64,000 nucleotides of DNA, from the NCBI GenBank assembly GCA_045617885.1, contig JAZLJN010000002.1:10184-74183 (forward strand), written 5' to 3'. Numbering within the stretch: the stretch's first letter is position 1; each line of letters starts with the position of its first letter. Of this stretch, positions 46,553 to 55,626 are shown piece after piece. The notes under the pieces are model-generated. The model did no database searches. It was not told the origin of the DNA and saw nothing but the letters and a program-made list of their open reading frames with translations. A program made the position numbers and the translations under genes. This stretch comes from Bacteroidales bacterium. GTDB taxonomy: Bacteria; Bacteroidota; Bacteroidia; Bacteroidales; UBA3663.

Positions 46553-49500
46553 TTACTTGATAACGACCTTCTGACCGTTAGCAATGTAAAGACCGCTCTT
46601 CATCTCACGAGCGCGGAGGCCGTCAACGGTATAAGCGTTAACAGTTGACTCGGTGTTGAGAGTTACGATGCCAGTAGCAGTGTCAACAGTTACGCAAACT
46701 GGAGCTGAAGTAGCGCCAGACTCGTAAACAGCAACTACAGCGTAGGTGTGAGCACCAGCAGCAGCGTTTGCGTCAACGAAGCAAGGCTCCTCAACAGTGT
46801 CGAGGTACTCGCCGTCACAGTAAACGTCGAATGCAACAGGAGCAGCAGAACCAGCTGAATAGGTTACATCATCAACGAAGAAGCAGAACATATCGTTAGA
46901 GATGTAGTGGATTGCGAAGTACTTAGCACCAACTGGGAGATCGTAGCTGTACTGTACCATTTCGGTAGTAGCAGCAGTCTTGGTGTCGAGGAGAATGAAT
47001 GAGCTTGGATCAGTGTCGGTCTCAGAGTAGAGAACCTCGAAGGTCTCAGGATACTGAGCGTTAAATGCGCGACCGATGAAGCTGATTGTCTGAGCATCAC
47101 CAGAGAGCTCTGGAGATACCATCCAGTCATCATTTGCAGGACCACCATTATAGGTACAGAACATGAAGTAAGCAGCATTGTCACCATTACCTACGGTTGT
47201 AGGATCAGTGGTAGAACCAGAGAGCAATGCAGTAATATTCATTACACCGAATGCGTATTCCACGTATGGAGTTGTAATACCAGTGATACCACCAGTTACA
47301 GAGTTGTCAACGTCATAACCAGTCCATTCGCCGAACATCTCGCCGTCACAAACGATAGTTACGTTCTCCTCATTAGACTCCCAATCCTCAGTGAACTCCT
47401 CTGAAGAAGCCTCTGGAGCAGTCCAGGTAAGAGTAACAACACCATCCTCAACATCAGCTACGAGATCAGATACCGGAGCAGCCTTAGGAGCAACGAGCTC
47501 GATAACAGCGCTTGCAGCGTTGTCAGCTGGCTTGAGATCAAGGTCATAAACAACCTCACCCTCTACGAGAAGCTCATCAGCCTCGTCGAAGATAGAAGTC
47601 AGAACCTCGAAGGTAACCTCTACTGACTTGAATGAATCAAGAGCAGGAACGTTAGCAGTCTTTACCTCATTGCCTACGGTCAAATTAACTACAGCACCCT
47701 CAGCGGCGTTAGCGCCTTCGTTTGCTACGTTAGCAACAACATAAACAGCATCACCCTTAGTAACCTTGCTAGGAGCTACGAGATCAAGTACGAGGTTGTA
47801 ATCAAGTACGTCACGAACCTGAATGTCATCAAGAGCAACGGTAGCGTTAGCACCAGTAGCCACAGCGCGGAAGCTCAATACGAAATATGGAGCAGCAACA
47901 ACCTCAGCAGGGATCTGAGCAGCAACCTTAACCCACTCATTGAGCTGGTCAGCAGTGTTAACTGTCTCAAGGAGAATAGTCTCACCGTTTGGCATGATTG
48001 CCTCAACGTTCATGGTAACCTTGCGATCGTTAGCAAGTACAGAGCAGATAACCTCTGGGTTTACAGCACCGGCAACGGTAAGCTTAGCAGTGTTGATGCT
48101 TGCCCACTCGCCAGCAGCTGAAGTAGTCCAGTAAACACAACCATTGTCACCATTTGATGACATGCTGTTGTCAAGAGTCCAGTTGTTAACAGCGTCCTTG
48201 TTTACCCACCAGTACTGATCAAGACCACCTGAAGGCAGGGTCTCAAGATATGGAACAGCAAGTGGCTCACCAACAACGATAGCGTCAGTTACGATGAATG
48301 CACTTTCGCCAGCTGCGTTCTTAGCGGTAACAACGAAGTAGAGAAGGCTAGGATCACCTACCATGGTGTTATACTCAACCTCTACACTTGTCTCAGTGGT
48401 CTCAGCGATAGCCTCGCCAAGGTAACCGTCAACAACCTCGTAGATGGTGTAAACAACCTCTTCTGGGTTTACATAGCCACCATTCTGACCCTCAGAACCA
48501 ACTGCAGACCAGGTGATGGTTACAGAGCTGATGTTGTCAGTAACGTGACCGTCAGTGATGTCAGCAGGAACGTCTGGACCTACATATGCAGAAACTACAG
48601 CCTTAGGACCATTGTCAGCCTCATTGTAAGCAATAACAACCCACTTGTGAGTACCGATAGCAAGATCAGTGTCAACATACTCTACAGCAGCGCCTGGAGT
48701 AACGTCGGTAAGCTCAGCAATAACCTCGCCGTCACGAGCAACGGTAACCTTGGTAAGTGCCTCGAGAGCCTCGCCGTTCAGACGGGTAGCAGGAGCGGTG
48801 AATACGATGGTAGCCTCAGTAGCGCCCTGTGCACCAGGAATAGCTTGGAGATTAAGAACTGCAGTAGGAGCCTCTGGCAGTGGACCAGCCTCAACGCTCA
48901 TTCCATAGAAGTCAAGGTAGAACATGTCAGCGTCAGAGATAGCGTGGAATGCCACGTTGTACTCGCCGTCAGCAGGAGCGGTGAACTCAACCTCTACCTC
49001 CTCAATGTCAGCATAAGAAGCCATTGGAACGTCGTATGGAGCAACGAGCAGAGTAGTCTGAGCCTCAATGGTAGCACCCTGACCGATAGTTACCTCCATC
49101 CACTCAGGATAGTATGAAGAGTAAGCAGCAGCCTTATACTTGATTACATAAGTGCGGCCAGCAGCCATCTTGATAGCTGGAGAGATCATCCAGTCATCAG
49201 CCTCGTTTACTGAGCTGTATGAGTAACGTGCGCAAGGAACAACACCACTTCCGTAGTAGCTCCAGGTCTTGCCGTCAGCGTTGTCATCAATTACAGTGAA
49301 GAGGTTGAAGATATCCTCATCAATTGCGAGCTCAGCTGGGCACTCAAGTGCGTTACCAACAACGGTAGAGTTAGAAACAGCCATCTCAGAAGCCTGAGTA
49401 GTGTTAACAGCCTCTACGAGGTAAGCGTAAGTAGCGAGACCAGCAACCTCAAGAGTCTCAGAGAACTCAGTAGCGGTCAGATCAGTAGCAACCTCTGTTA

Positions 49501-50941
49501 CAACGCCCATTACACTGCGGTAAACGTTGTAAGTAAGGTCACCAAGGAAGCCGTTGTGAACACCTGCAGCAGGAGCATCCCAAGTAAGGCTAACCTCACC
49601 CTCGGCAGAAACGTTAAGAACAACGTTAGCTGGAGCCTTAGGCTCGTCATAACCTACATATACAGAAAGCTTAGCCTTAGGGCTCTCGCCAGCAGCGTTA
49701 GAAGCGATAGCAACGAAGGTATTAACACCCTCCTCAACCTCAACAGCGCTCTCAATGGTAGAGCCTGCAGCAGCGGTGCCAGCAAGAAGAGCCTCACCGT
49801 TAGCGGTTACAGTATAATTAACGTCACCAGTCAGCTCTGCACCAGCGAAGGTCTCAGCTGGCAGGGTGAAGGTCAAAGTACCAGCGGTAGCAGGACCCTC
49901 AAATGCAGCAGCGATCTCTGCAATAGCAGCAGGAGCATTGTCATCAGCTGAAGGAGCTGGGATAGCCAGACCAAATACCTGCTTGATACCCCAGTCAACA
50001 AGTAAGGTAGCAGCACCGGTAGTAATATCTACAGAGTAGAGACCAGCAGCAGCACCAGAGGCATCAATCTCACAGAAGTAAGCAGCCTTAGTCTTAGCAT
50101 CGATAGCGAAGCTCTGAGTATAAGAACCATGATAGCCAACGCCAGTAGCACCAACGAGAGTCTCCTCACCAGTGTTGACATTAATCTGATACAGGTTGTT
50201 GTCATTAGCAAGACCATAAACGGTAGTGCCGTCAGAAGCCATGCCTACATAGTTGTGTGAAGGAGTGCCTACCTCAGTCTTGGTGAGAGCCTCGAAGTCA
50301 ACAGTGCAGAATGACTGTGCAGTAGCGTCCTCATTATAGAATACGCCGAAGCCACCACCATTAGGATTCTGGCAGAATGCAGCTGAGTACCACTCAAGAC
50401 CAGCAGCAGGAATGTCAACTACGTCGAGCAACTCGAATGTCTCAGCATCGAAAGTGCAAGCATAGAAGAAGTAAATGCCGAAGAGGCTGTATGAATCATC
50501 TACGAAGAGAGTCTTGTAGAGACCATCCTCGAAGTAACCACCAGCACTTGGAGAAGCACCACCCATGTCGCTGAGTGGAGTGAATGAGCCGTCGAGACCA
50601 ATCTCGCACATGTAGGACTCTGCATCGCTACCAGCCTCATCATAAGCGAGGTAGCCGAAGATTGGGCTTGAAGGAACTGCCAGAGGAGCGTGGAAAGTGC
50701 CCTTGTTAGCAGCCTTACGGCCATAAACGCGAGCCTCTGCGATAGGAGACTTCTTTGCGTTCAACTTAAGAGACTGAAGTGCAAGAGGGTTCTTCTTGAT
50801 GTCAACCTTGGCATTCTTTACTGCCTTGGTAGCCATCACTTCAGCTGGGAGTTCATGCACAGGAATGCTCTTCTGAGCAAAACCTGCAACTGGCAGAGTC
50901 ATCAAAAGACCAGCTGCCAAAAGATTGTAATTCTTTTGCAT
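46553..50941 (-). CDS. Large (1462 aa) cell-surface protein with repeated adhesin-like modules and a C-terminal T9SS sorting domain
   Basis: The start is set at MQKNYNLLAAGLLMTLPVAGFAQ (signal peptide). The motifs ADDWMISPAIK and NDDWMVSPELS recur (cleaved-adhesin/choice-of-anchor-J-like), along with Ig/FN3-like T/V/A-rich repeats. The terminal ...YTVDGLRAREMKSGLYIANGQKVVIK is CTD-like. A minus-strand TATCTTTG box lies at 51058-51065. Confidence 0.8.
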   Translation of the reverse strand: MQKNYNLLAAGLLMTLPVAGFAQKSIPVHELPAEVMATKAVKNAKVDIKKNPLALQSLKLNAKKSPIAEARVYGRKAANKGTFHAPLAVPSSPIFGYLAYDEAGSDAESYMCEIGLDGSFTPLSDMGGASPSAGGYFEDGLYKTLFVDDSYSLFGIYFFYACTFDAETFELLDVVDIPAAGLEWYSAAFCQNPNGGGFGVFYNEDATAQSFCTVDFEALTKTEVGTPSHNYVGMASDGTTVYGLANDNNLYQINVNTGEETLVGATGVGYHGSYTQSFAIDAKTKAAYFCEIDASGAAAGLYSVDITTGAATLLVDWGIKQVFGLAIPAPSADDNAPAAIAEIAAAFEGPATAGTLTFTLPAETFAGAELTGDVNYTVTANGEALLAGTAAAGSTIESAVEVEEGVNTFVAIASNAAGESPKAKLSVYVGYDEPKAPANVVLNVSAEGEVSLTWDAPAAGVHNGFLGDLTYNVYRSVMGVVTEVATDLTATEFSETLEVAGLATYAYLVEAVNTTQASEMAVSNSTVVGNALECPAELAIDEDIFNLFTVIDDNADGKTWSYYGSGVVPCARYSYSSVNEADDWMISPAIKMAAGRTYVIKYKAAAYSSYYPEWMEVTIGQGATIEAQTTLLVAPYDVPMASYADIEEVEVEFTAPADGEYNVAFHAISDADMFYLDFYGMSVEAGPLPEAPTAVLNLQAIPGAQGATEATIVFTAPATRLNGEALEALTKVTVARDGEVIAELTDVTPGAAVEYVDTDLAIGTHKWVVIAYNEADNGPKAVVSAYVGPDVPADITDGHVTDNISSVTITWSAVGSEGQNGGYVNPEEVVYTIYEVVDGYLGEAIAETTETSVEVEYNTMVGDPSLLYFVVTAKNAAGESAFIVTDAIVVGEPLAVPYLETLPSGGLDQYWWVNKDAVNNWTLDNSMSSNGDNGCVYWTTSAAGEWASINTAKLTVAGAVNPEVICSVLANDRKVTMNVEAIMPNGETILLETVNTADQLNEWVKVAAQIPAEVVAAPYFVLSFRAVATGANATVALDDIQVRDVLDYNLVLDLVAPSKVTKGDAVYVVANVANEGANAAEGAVVNLTVGNEVKTANVPALDSFKSVEVTFEVLTSIFDEADELLVEGEVVYDLDLKPADNAASAVIELVAPKAAPVSDLVADVEDGVVTLTWTAPEASSEEFTEDWESNEENVTIVCDGEMFGEWTGYDVDNSVTGGITGITTPYVEYAFGVMNITALLSGSTTDPTTVGNGDNAAYFMFCTYNGGPANDDWMVSPELSGDAQTISFIGRAFNAQYPETFEVLYSETDTDPSSFILLDTKTAATTEMVQYSYDLPVGAKYFAIHYISNDMFCFFVDDVTYSAGSAAPVAFDVYCDGEYLDTVEEPCFVDANAAAGAHTYAVVAVYESGATSAPVCVTVDTATGIVTLNTESTVNAYTVDGLRAREMKSGLYIANGQKVVIK

Positions 50942-51300
50942 GAGTTTAATAAAATTGGTTAATAATATGTGAAAAAAGAACTTTTTTGATAAAAAGACAC
51001 TAAAAAGGGGCATAGAGAGCGTACAAAAATGGACACAATACACCTCAAATAGCACCGCAAAGATAAAGACACTTTTGGAGAAATACAAATTATTTTTATA
51101 AAAAGTGTAAAAAAAAGGAAATTTGTGTCATTTATACCCTTTTTTTATTATTTATTTCTAAAAAAAACTCGATTTTAGTATTAGATTGTCTGTTTTTTGT
51201 CGATTATTTTGGCAAATCGAGGGATTTGCGCGATATTTGCGCTGCCGTTATTGTAAAGAACGGCTCTTATATTATATAATATATATAATGTGTAGCTATT

Positions 51301-52053
51301 ATGATAGTAGGTTTAGCAGATTCCTGCAGCGAGGAGGAGGTCGGTGTGATGCGTTCCTATGTTGACGCCACAAGAATCGGCGGTCATCTTCCGCTGGTCC
51401 TCCCTGCCACGACGGTGTACGAAGAGGCATGCCGGCAGCTGATGGCTGTAGATGCTTTGATGCTTTTGGGGGGAGGCGATGTGGAAGCTTCTCGTTTTGG
51501 AAGTGTAGCAACACCCTTTGATGGAACTCCGAATGTTATGAGAGATGCTTATGAACTGCTATTGATGCAAGTGGCAGTGGAGCAGCGTAAACCTGTATTC
51601 GGAATCTGCCGAGGTTTACAGCTGATTAATATCTTCTTTGGCGGAACAATCTGTCAGGATCTGCCCACTTGCTGGAGTATATGCGTTGAACGTTCTTCCA
51701 ACCAGAATTATAGCAGTACTGATTATATTCCGTTGCTTGACCACAGCCGTCCGGATAAGAAATGGGAGCCGGTGCACGCCATACATATTGATGCGCAGTC
51801 CAGGCTGGCACAGGTGCTGGGGGAGACTCAAGTCAGCGTAAACAGCACGCATCATCAGGCAGTTGACAGATTAGGCAGCGGTTTGCGGGCTGTGGCATGG
51901 TCTGCTGACGGGGTCATTGAGGCTGTCGAATCCGATAACTACCCTATTGCTGCTGTTCAGTTCCATCCTGAACGTCTTGCGTGGGGTGATGATACCTTGT
52001 TCCGAAAGATATTTGCTGACCTGCCCCGTTATTTGTCAAGTCACTGCTCGTAA
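51301..52053 (+). CDS. Class I glutamine amidotransferase, gamma-glutamyl-GABA hydrolase (peptidase C26) family
   Basis: 250 aa with a GICRGLQLIN nucleophile elbow, HHQAV and VQFHPE. Confidence 0.85.
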   Translation: MIVGLADSCSEEEVGVMRSYVDATRIGGHLPLVLPATTVYEEACRQLMAVDALMLLGGGDVEASRFGSVATPFDGTPNVMRDAYELLLMQVAVEQRKPVFGICRGLQLINIFFGGTICQDLPTCWSICVERSSNQNYSSTDYIPLLDHSRPDKKWEPVHAIHIDAQSRLAQVLGETQVSVNSTHHQAVDRLGSGLRAVAWSADGVIEAVESDNYPIAAVQFHPERLAWGDDTLFRKIFADLPRYLSSHCS

Positions 52054-52736
52054 CGTTTTTTATAAACCGAACGGCAGGCTCCAAAGTTAAAATAGACGCC
52101 AGGTATATCCTCGGTATTCTCCTTTACCTTGATATATTCAATGGATTCATTGCAGAGCGAATCCTTTTCTACTTGAAGTCCCATGCGATAAAGAACCTCA
52201 TATTCATGTTCGATGTCTATGACGTGAAATGCCGACTCCGGAGTCTCGCCGTCTCCGCTTGAAACGATGGCATCAAGCAGTGCATTCTGCTTGTCATTCC
52301 ACAGATTATATTTTACGGTATCCTGGAGCTGGAGGTAAGAGAATGACAACGTTGAGATAGCAAGCAGGTCAAACGGATTGTCATCAAGTATGGTATTGGA
52401 GATCTGGATTGCCTCCGGGCAAAGTCTGGCACTTCCTTTCTCCTTTGTCAAAGACTTACGGATGTCAAGTAGCTGCTTTTTCGCCATCTGATATGGTACG
52501 AAATCCTCCTGCAGTGTGAAACCATAGTAGAGCACACGGTACTGTTCCAGTGACAGGGTAGTGTCATTGGCAAGATAGCGGCGCATCAGTGTAGGGTAGT
52601 AGTTGGGACCCTTGGTATTCTGTATCTGCGCACGGATCTGTTTGTAGTCAGGTGCATCTACCTCCTGGGCAAAGATATTACCTACAGTCAGGAAGAGGAT
52701 TAGTATTAAAAGCAGTTTTCGCATAGTCTTGTACAA
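52041..52736 (-). CDS. Secreted protein, DUF4919-like
   Basis: 231 aa with signal peptide MRKLLLILILFLTVGNIFAQ and a YYPTLMRRYLANDTTLSLEQYRVLYYGF block. The family name is from memory. Confidence 0.55.
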   Translation of the reverse strand: MYKTMRKLLLILILFLTVGNIFAQEVDAPDYKQIRAQIQNTKGPNYYPTLMRRYLANDTTLSLEQYRVLYYGFTLQEDFVPYQMAKKQLLDIRKSLTKEKGSARLCPEAIQISNTILDDNPFDLLAISTLSFSYLQLQDTVKYNLWNDKQNALLDAIVSSGDGETPESAFHVIDIEHEYEVLYRMGLQVEKDSLCNESIEYIKVKENTEDIPGVYFNFGACRSVYKKRYEQ

Positions 52737-52748
52737 AATGGGTTAGTA

Positions 52749-54311
52749 TCAGAACGGAGCCTCACTGTCAGGTGCTCCCAGTCCGCCCTGTGGATCAAAG
52801 GTGCCGAATCCATTAGGCTGTTGAGTCATGTCCGGAGCGTTGGAATTCATGCGCGAACCAAGCTCCTGTCCGCCCTTCCATTGGGTCAGTGTGCTGGTAA
52901 TGCTTGAGTCCTCATCCATATTCTGGAATCGGACAAATTCGCCTCTGAATCGCAGGCGCACGTCGCCCACCGAACCGCTACGATGCTTGGCAATGATGAT
53001 TTCTGCCAGACCGTGCAGGTCATTGCCCTTTTCATCCTCAAAGATCTTATAATATTCCGGACGGTGAATGAGGCAAACCATATCAGCATCCTGCTCGATG
53101 GCACCAGATTCGCGGAGGTCAGCCAGCTGTGGACGTTTGCCGTCACCCTGGCGCGTCTCCACACCACGGTTCAGCTGTGAGAGCGCAATGATTGGGATGT
53201 CCAGTTCCTTAGCCAGACCTTTGAGCGAACGGGAGATGATGGAAACCTCCTGCTCACGGCTGCCAAACTGCATTCCGGCTGCTGTCATCAGCTGAAGGTA
53301 GTCAATTATGATCATCTTGACGCCATGCTCGCGCACCAGACGGCGGGCTTTGGTCCTCAACTCAAACACCGAGAGGCCTGGCGTGTCATCCACGTAGATT
53401 GGAGCGCCCTGCAGGTGGTTGATGCGTGTGGTGAGCTGTGTCCATTCGTCGTTGGTAAGTTTGCCGCTCTTGACCTTCTCACCAGAGATCTCACAGACGT
53501 TCTGCAGCAGACGGTTCACCAGCTGCAGGTTTGACATCTCAAGGCTGAACATGCCTACTGGTATATTGTAATCCACCGCCATGTTCTTCACCATGGAGAG
53601 CACAAAGGCAGTCTTACCCATGGCAGGACGGGCAGCAATGATGACAAGGTCCGTATTCTGCCAGCCGGATGTCATCTTGTCAAGCTCATGGAATCCGGAA
53701 GGGAGACCAGACAGACCGTCCTCACGGTTAGAGGCCTGTTCAATCTTCTTCAATGCCTCGCTGATGACGGGGTCAATCTGTACAACGTCCTTCTTGATAT
53801 TGTGCTGGCTAAGCTGGAAAAGTTCGCCCTCTGCACTCTGCATCAGTTGCTCAATGTCGGTTGTCTCATCGAATGCCTCTGCTTCAAGTTTGCCTGCGTA
53901 GTTAATGAGCTGGCGGGCAAGAGACTTCTGCGCAATGATGCGGGCATGATATTCTACGTGAGCCGCTGAACCTACCTTACTGGTGAGTGTGGCAATGTAA
54001 TAGGGTCCGCCCACCTCATCGAGCACACCGTTATGCTGCAGGCGGTCAGTGACCGTCAGCATGTCAATAGGCTCCTGGTTCAGTGCCAGTTGCTGGATAG
54101 CCTCAAAAATGAGTTGGTTCTTATGCTCGTAGAAGGTTTCGGGCTTCAGTAAGTCCGAGATGATGGAATAGGCATCTTTCTCAAGCATGAGTGCACCGAG
54201 TACAGCCTCCTCTACATCGGTAGCTTGAGGCTGTATCTTGCCCATGGCAGGAACTTGAGGCGTCTGCTGACGGGATGTGCGACGATTATTGGTGGTGGAT
54301 TGCTGGGCCAA
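52749..54311 (-). CDS. dnaB: Replicative DNA helicase DnaB
   Basis: 520 aa with EEAVLGALML, Walker A ARPAMGKTAF, IIDYLQLM and LSQLNR motifs. The start may be the TTG at 54311 or a downstream ATG (MGKIQ). Confidence 0.95.
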   Translation of the reverse strand: MAQQSTTNNRRTSRQQTPQVPAMGKIQPQATDVEEAVLGALMLEKDAYSIISDLLKPETFYEHKNQLIFEAIQQLALNQEPIDMLTVTDRLQHNGVLDEVGGPYYIATLTSKVGSAAHVEYHARIIAQKSLARQLINYAGKLEAEAFDETTDIEQLMQSAEGELFQLSQHNIKKDVVQIDPVISEALKKIEQASNREDGLSGLPSGFHELDKMTSGWQNTDLVIIAARPAMGKTAFVLSMVKNMAVDYNIPVGMFSLEMSNLQLVNRLLQNVCEISGEKVKSGKLTNDEWTQLTTRINHLQGAPIYVDDTPGLSVFELRTKARRLVREHGVKMIIIDYLQLMTAAGMQFGSREQEVSIISRSLKGLAKELDIPIIALSQLNRGVETRQGDGKRPQLADLRESGAIEQDADMVCLIHRPEYYKIFEDEKGNDLHGLAEIIIAKHRSGSVGDVRLRFRGEFVRFQNMDEDSSITSTLTQWKGGQELGSRMNSNAPDMTQQPNGFGTFDPQGGLGAPDSEAPF

Positions 54312-54337
54312 CGTATTTAGTTATTTTGTAGTGCAGA

Positions 54338-54505
54338 ATTGATTTTCTTTGATTTCCTTGATGGAGAAGAATCAAAGATAGAAGATGGCTTTGATATGCT
54401 TCATTCATTTTGAAGATCCGACAAAGGAAATCAAAAAGAAATCAATGCATATTGTAGCCGTAATTGATTTTCTTTGATTTCCTTTGATGGAGAAATATCA
54501 AAGTG
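54338..54505. repeat. Cluster of three copies (direct, inverted, direct) of an AT-rich element of about 25 bp: ATTGATTT(T/C)CTTTGATTTCCTTTG
   Basis: Copy 1 is at 54338-54360. The inverted copy CAAAGGAAATCAAAAAGAAATCAAT is at 54422-54446. Copy 2 is at 54463-54486. Copies 1 and 2 continue as ATGGAGAA.(A)ATCAAAG. A fourth copy lies at 62862-62892. Confidence 0.8.
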
Positions 54506-54514
54506 CCGGTGCTA

Positions 54515-55303
54515 TCAGATGCCGCTGAGCAGACCCTTGCGGCGACGGCGGATCTCGTTCTCGTTAGCAAGCTCCTCGTCAATGAGGATACGTCCGCAGT
54601 ACTCACATACGATAACGTGCTTGCGCATACGTACGTCAATCTGACGCTGTGGGGTAATCTTGTTGAAGCAGCCTGAACATGCCTCACGCTCAATAGGAAC
54701 GATAGCCAGGCCGTTGTGAGCCTTCTTGTGGATGCGGCGGAAGATACCGAGCATCTTCTGGTCCACATTGTTCTCAATCTTCTTTGCCTTTTCGCGGAGC
54801 ATCTCCTCCTCGTTGCGGGTCTCGGCAATGATCTCGTCGAGTTCACCCTTCTTGGTCTCAAGGTCTGCCTTGCGCTCTTCGATCTCGGCAGTAGCAGCAG
54901 CCTCACGGTTGTGGAGTTCCTGAATCTGCTCAAGGTTCTCACGGATGCGCTTGTTGCAGAGCTCAATTTCCAATCCCTGGTATTCAATCTCCTTTGACAG
55001 GAATTCGTACTGTTTGTTGTTCTGGATGTCGTTCTGCTGCTCGGTATACTGGCTGATCAGAGCCTCTGCCTGACCGATCTTCTCCTGCATGTCAGCAATC
55101 TTTGACTGGCACAGAGCCACTTCTTCATGAAGCTTGTTCATCTTGCTCTCAAGATTCTCAAGCTGGGTCTCCATATCGGCTACCTCTTGTGGCAACTCGC
55201 CACGAAGGCTCTTGATACGGTCAATCTCTGATACGAGTACCTGCAGTTTGTACAGGTTGGCGAGCTTCTCCTGGACGGTCAGCTCCTTTTCAATCTTTGG
55301 CAT
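54515..55303 (-). CDS. Zinc-ribbon coiled-coil protein (COG1579/DUF164 family)
   Basis: 262 aa with a long coiled coil followed by CSGCFNKITPQ...VCEYCGRIL, a C4 zinc ribbon. Confidence 0.85.
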   Translation of the reverse strand: MPKIEKELTVQEKLANLYKLQVLVSEIDRIKSLRGELPQEVADMETQLENLESKMNKLHEEVALCQSKIADMQEKIGQAEALISQYTEQQNDIQNNKQYEFLSKEIEYQGLEIELCNKRIRENLEQIQELHNREAAATAEIEERKADLETKKGELDEIIAETRNEEEMLREKAKKIENNVDQKMLGIFRRIHKKAHNGLAIVPIEREACSGCFNKITPQRQIDVRMRKHVIVCEYCGRILIDEELANENEIRRRRKGLLSGI

Positions 55304-55506
55304 AATATTAAATAAATTACTAATTACTGATTACTGATTACGGGCAAAATAAAAAGCCATATACCCGTCTTCCTTTTCCCCTTGTCTTGGGGCTGACTAC
55401 AGCTCGAGGCTCCTTGAGCATCGAGTCTGGTCACTTTTCCATCAGGCCGAGTAAATCAGGCCCTCCGGCGGACGTTTATATAGCTGTGAATGTTATTTTG
55501 TGGTTG

Positions 55507-55514
55507 CAAAGATA
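55507..55514 (-). promoter_or_regulatory. -7 promoter box (TATCTTTG on the minus strand), about 200 nt upstream of the zinc-ribbon gene
   Basis: The plus-strand CAAAGATA at 55507-55514 is the reverse complement of TATCTTTG. Confidence 0.4.
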
Positions 55515-55626
55515 GGACGTTTCGGACAAAATGCCAAATTTTTTTGTCCAAATATGCCAAAATCTTTGCCAGTTTCGGATTTAGACCGTATTTTTGCGGG
55601 TAGAAATTACAAAAATCTTTGATAAT

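Noticed and set aside
50942-51088. N-terminal 49-aa extension of the surface-protein ORF (MYFSKSVFIFAVLFEVYCVHF...)
   Set aside because: It reads through the predicted promoter box (51058-51065). The downstream Met gives a canonical signal peptide (MQKNYNLLAAGLLMTLPVAGFAQ).
54442-54987. 181-aa R/S/T-rich minus-strand ORF
   Set aside because: It is an alternative frame of the COG1579 zinc-ribbon gene (54515-55303). Its composition is typical of an off-frame reading of a K/E-rich coiled coil.
55389-55397. GGGGCTGAC on the plus strand, resembling the 5' end of tmRNA
   Set aside because: Only about 230 nt remain before the next CDS. I found no tRNA-like 3' end (T-arm/ACCA partner), tag reading frame or pseudoknot signature, so this is a chance match.
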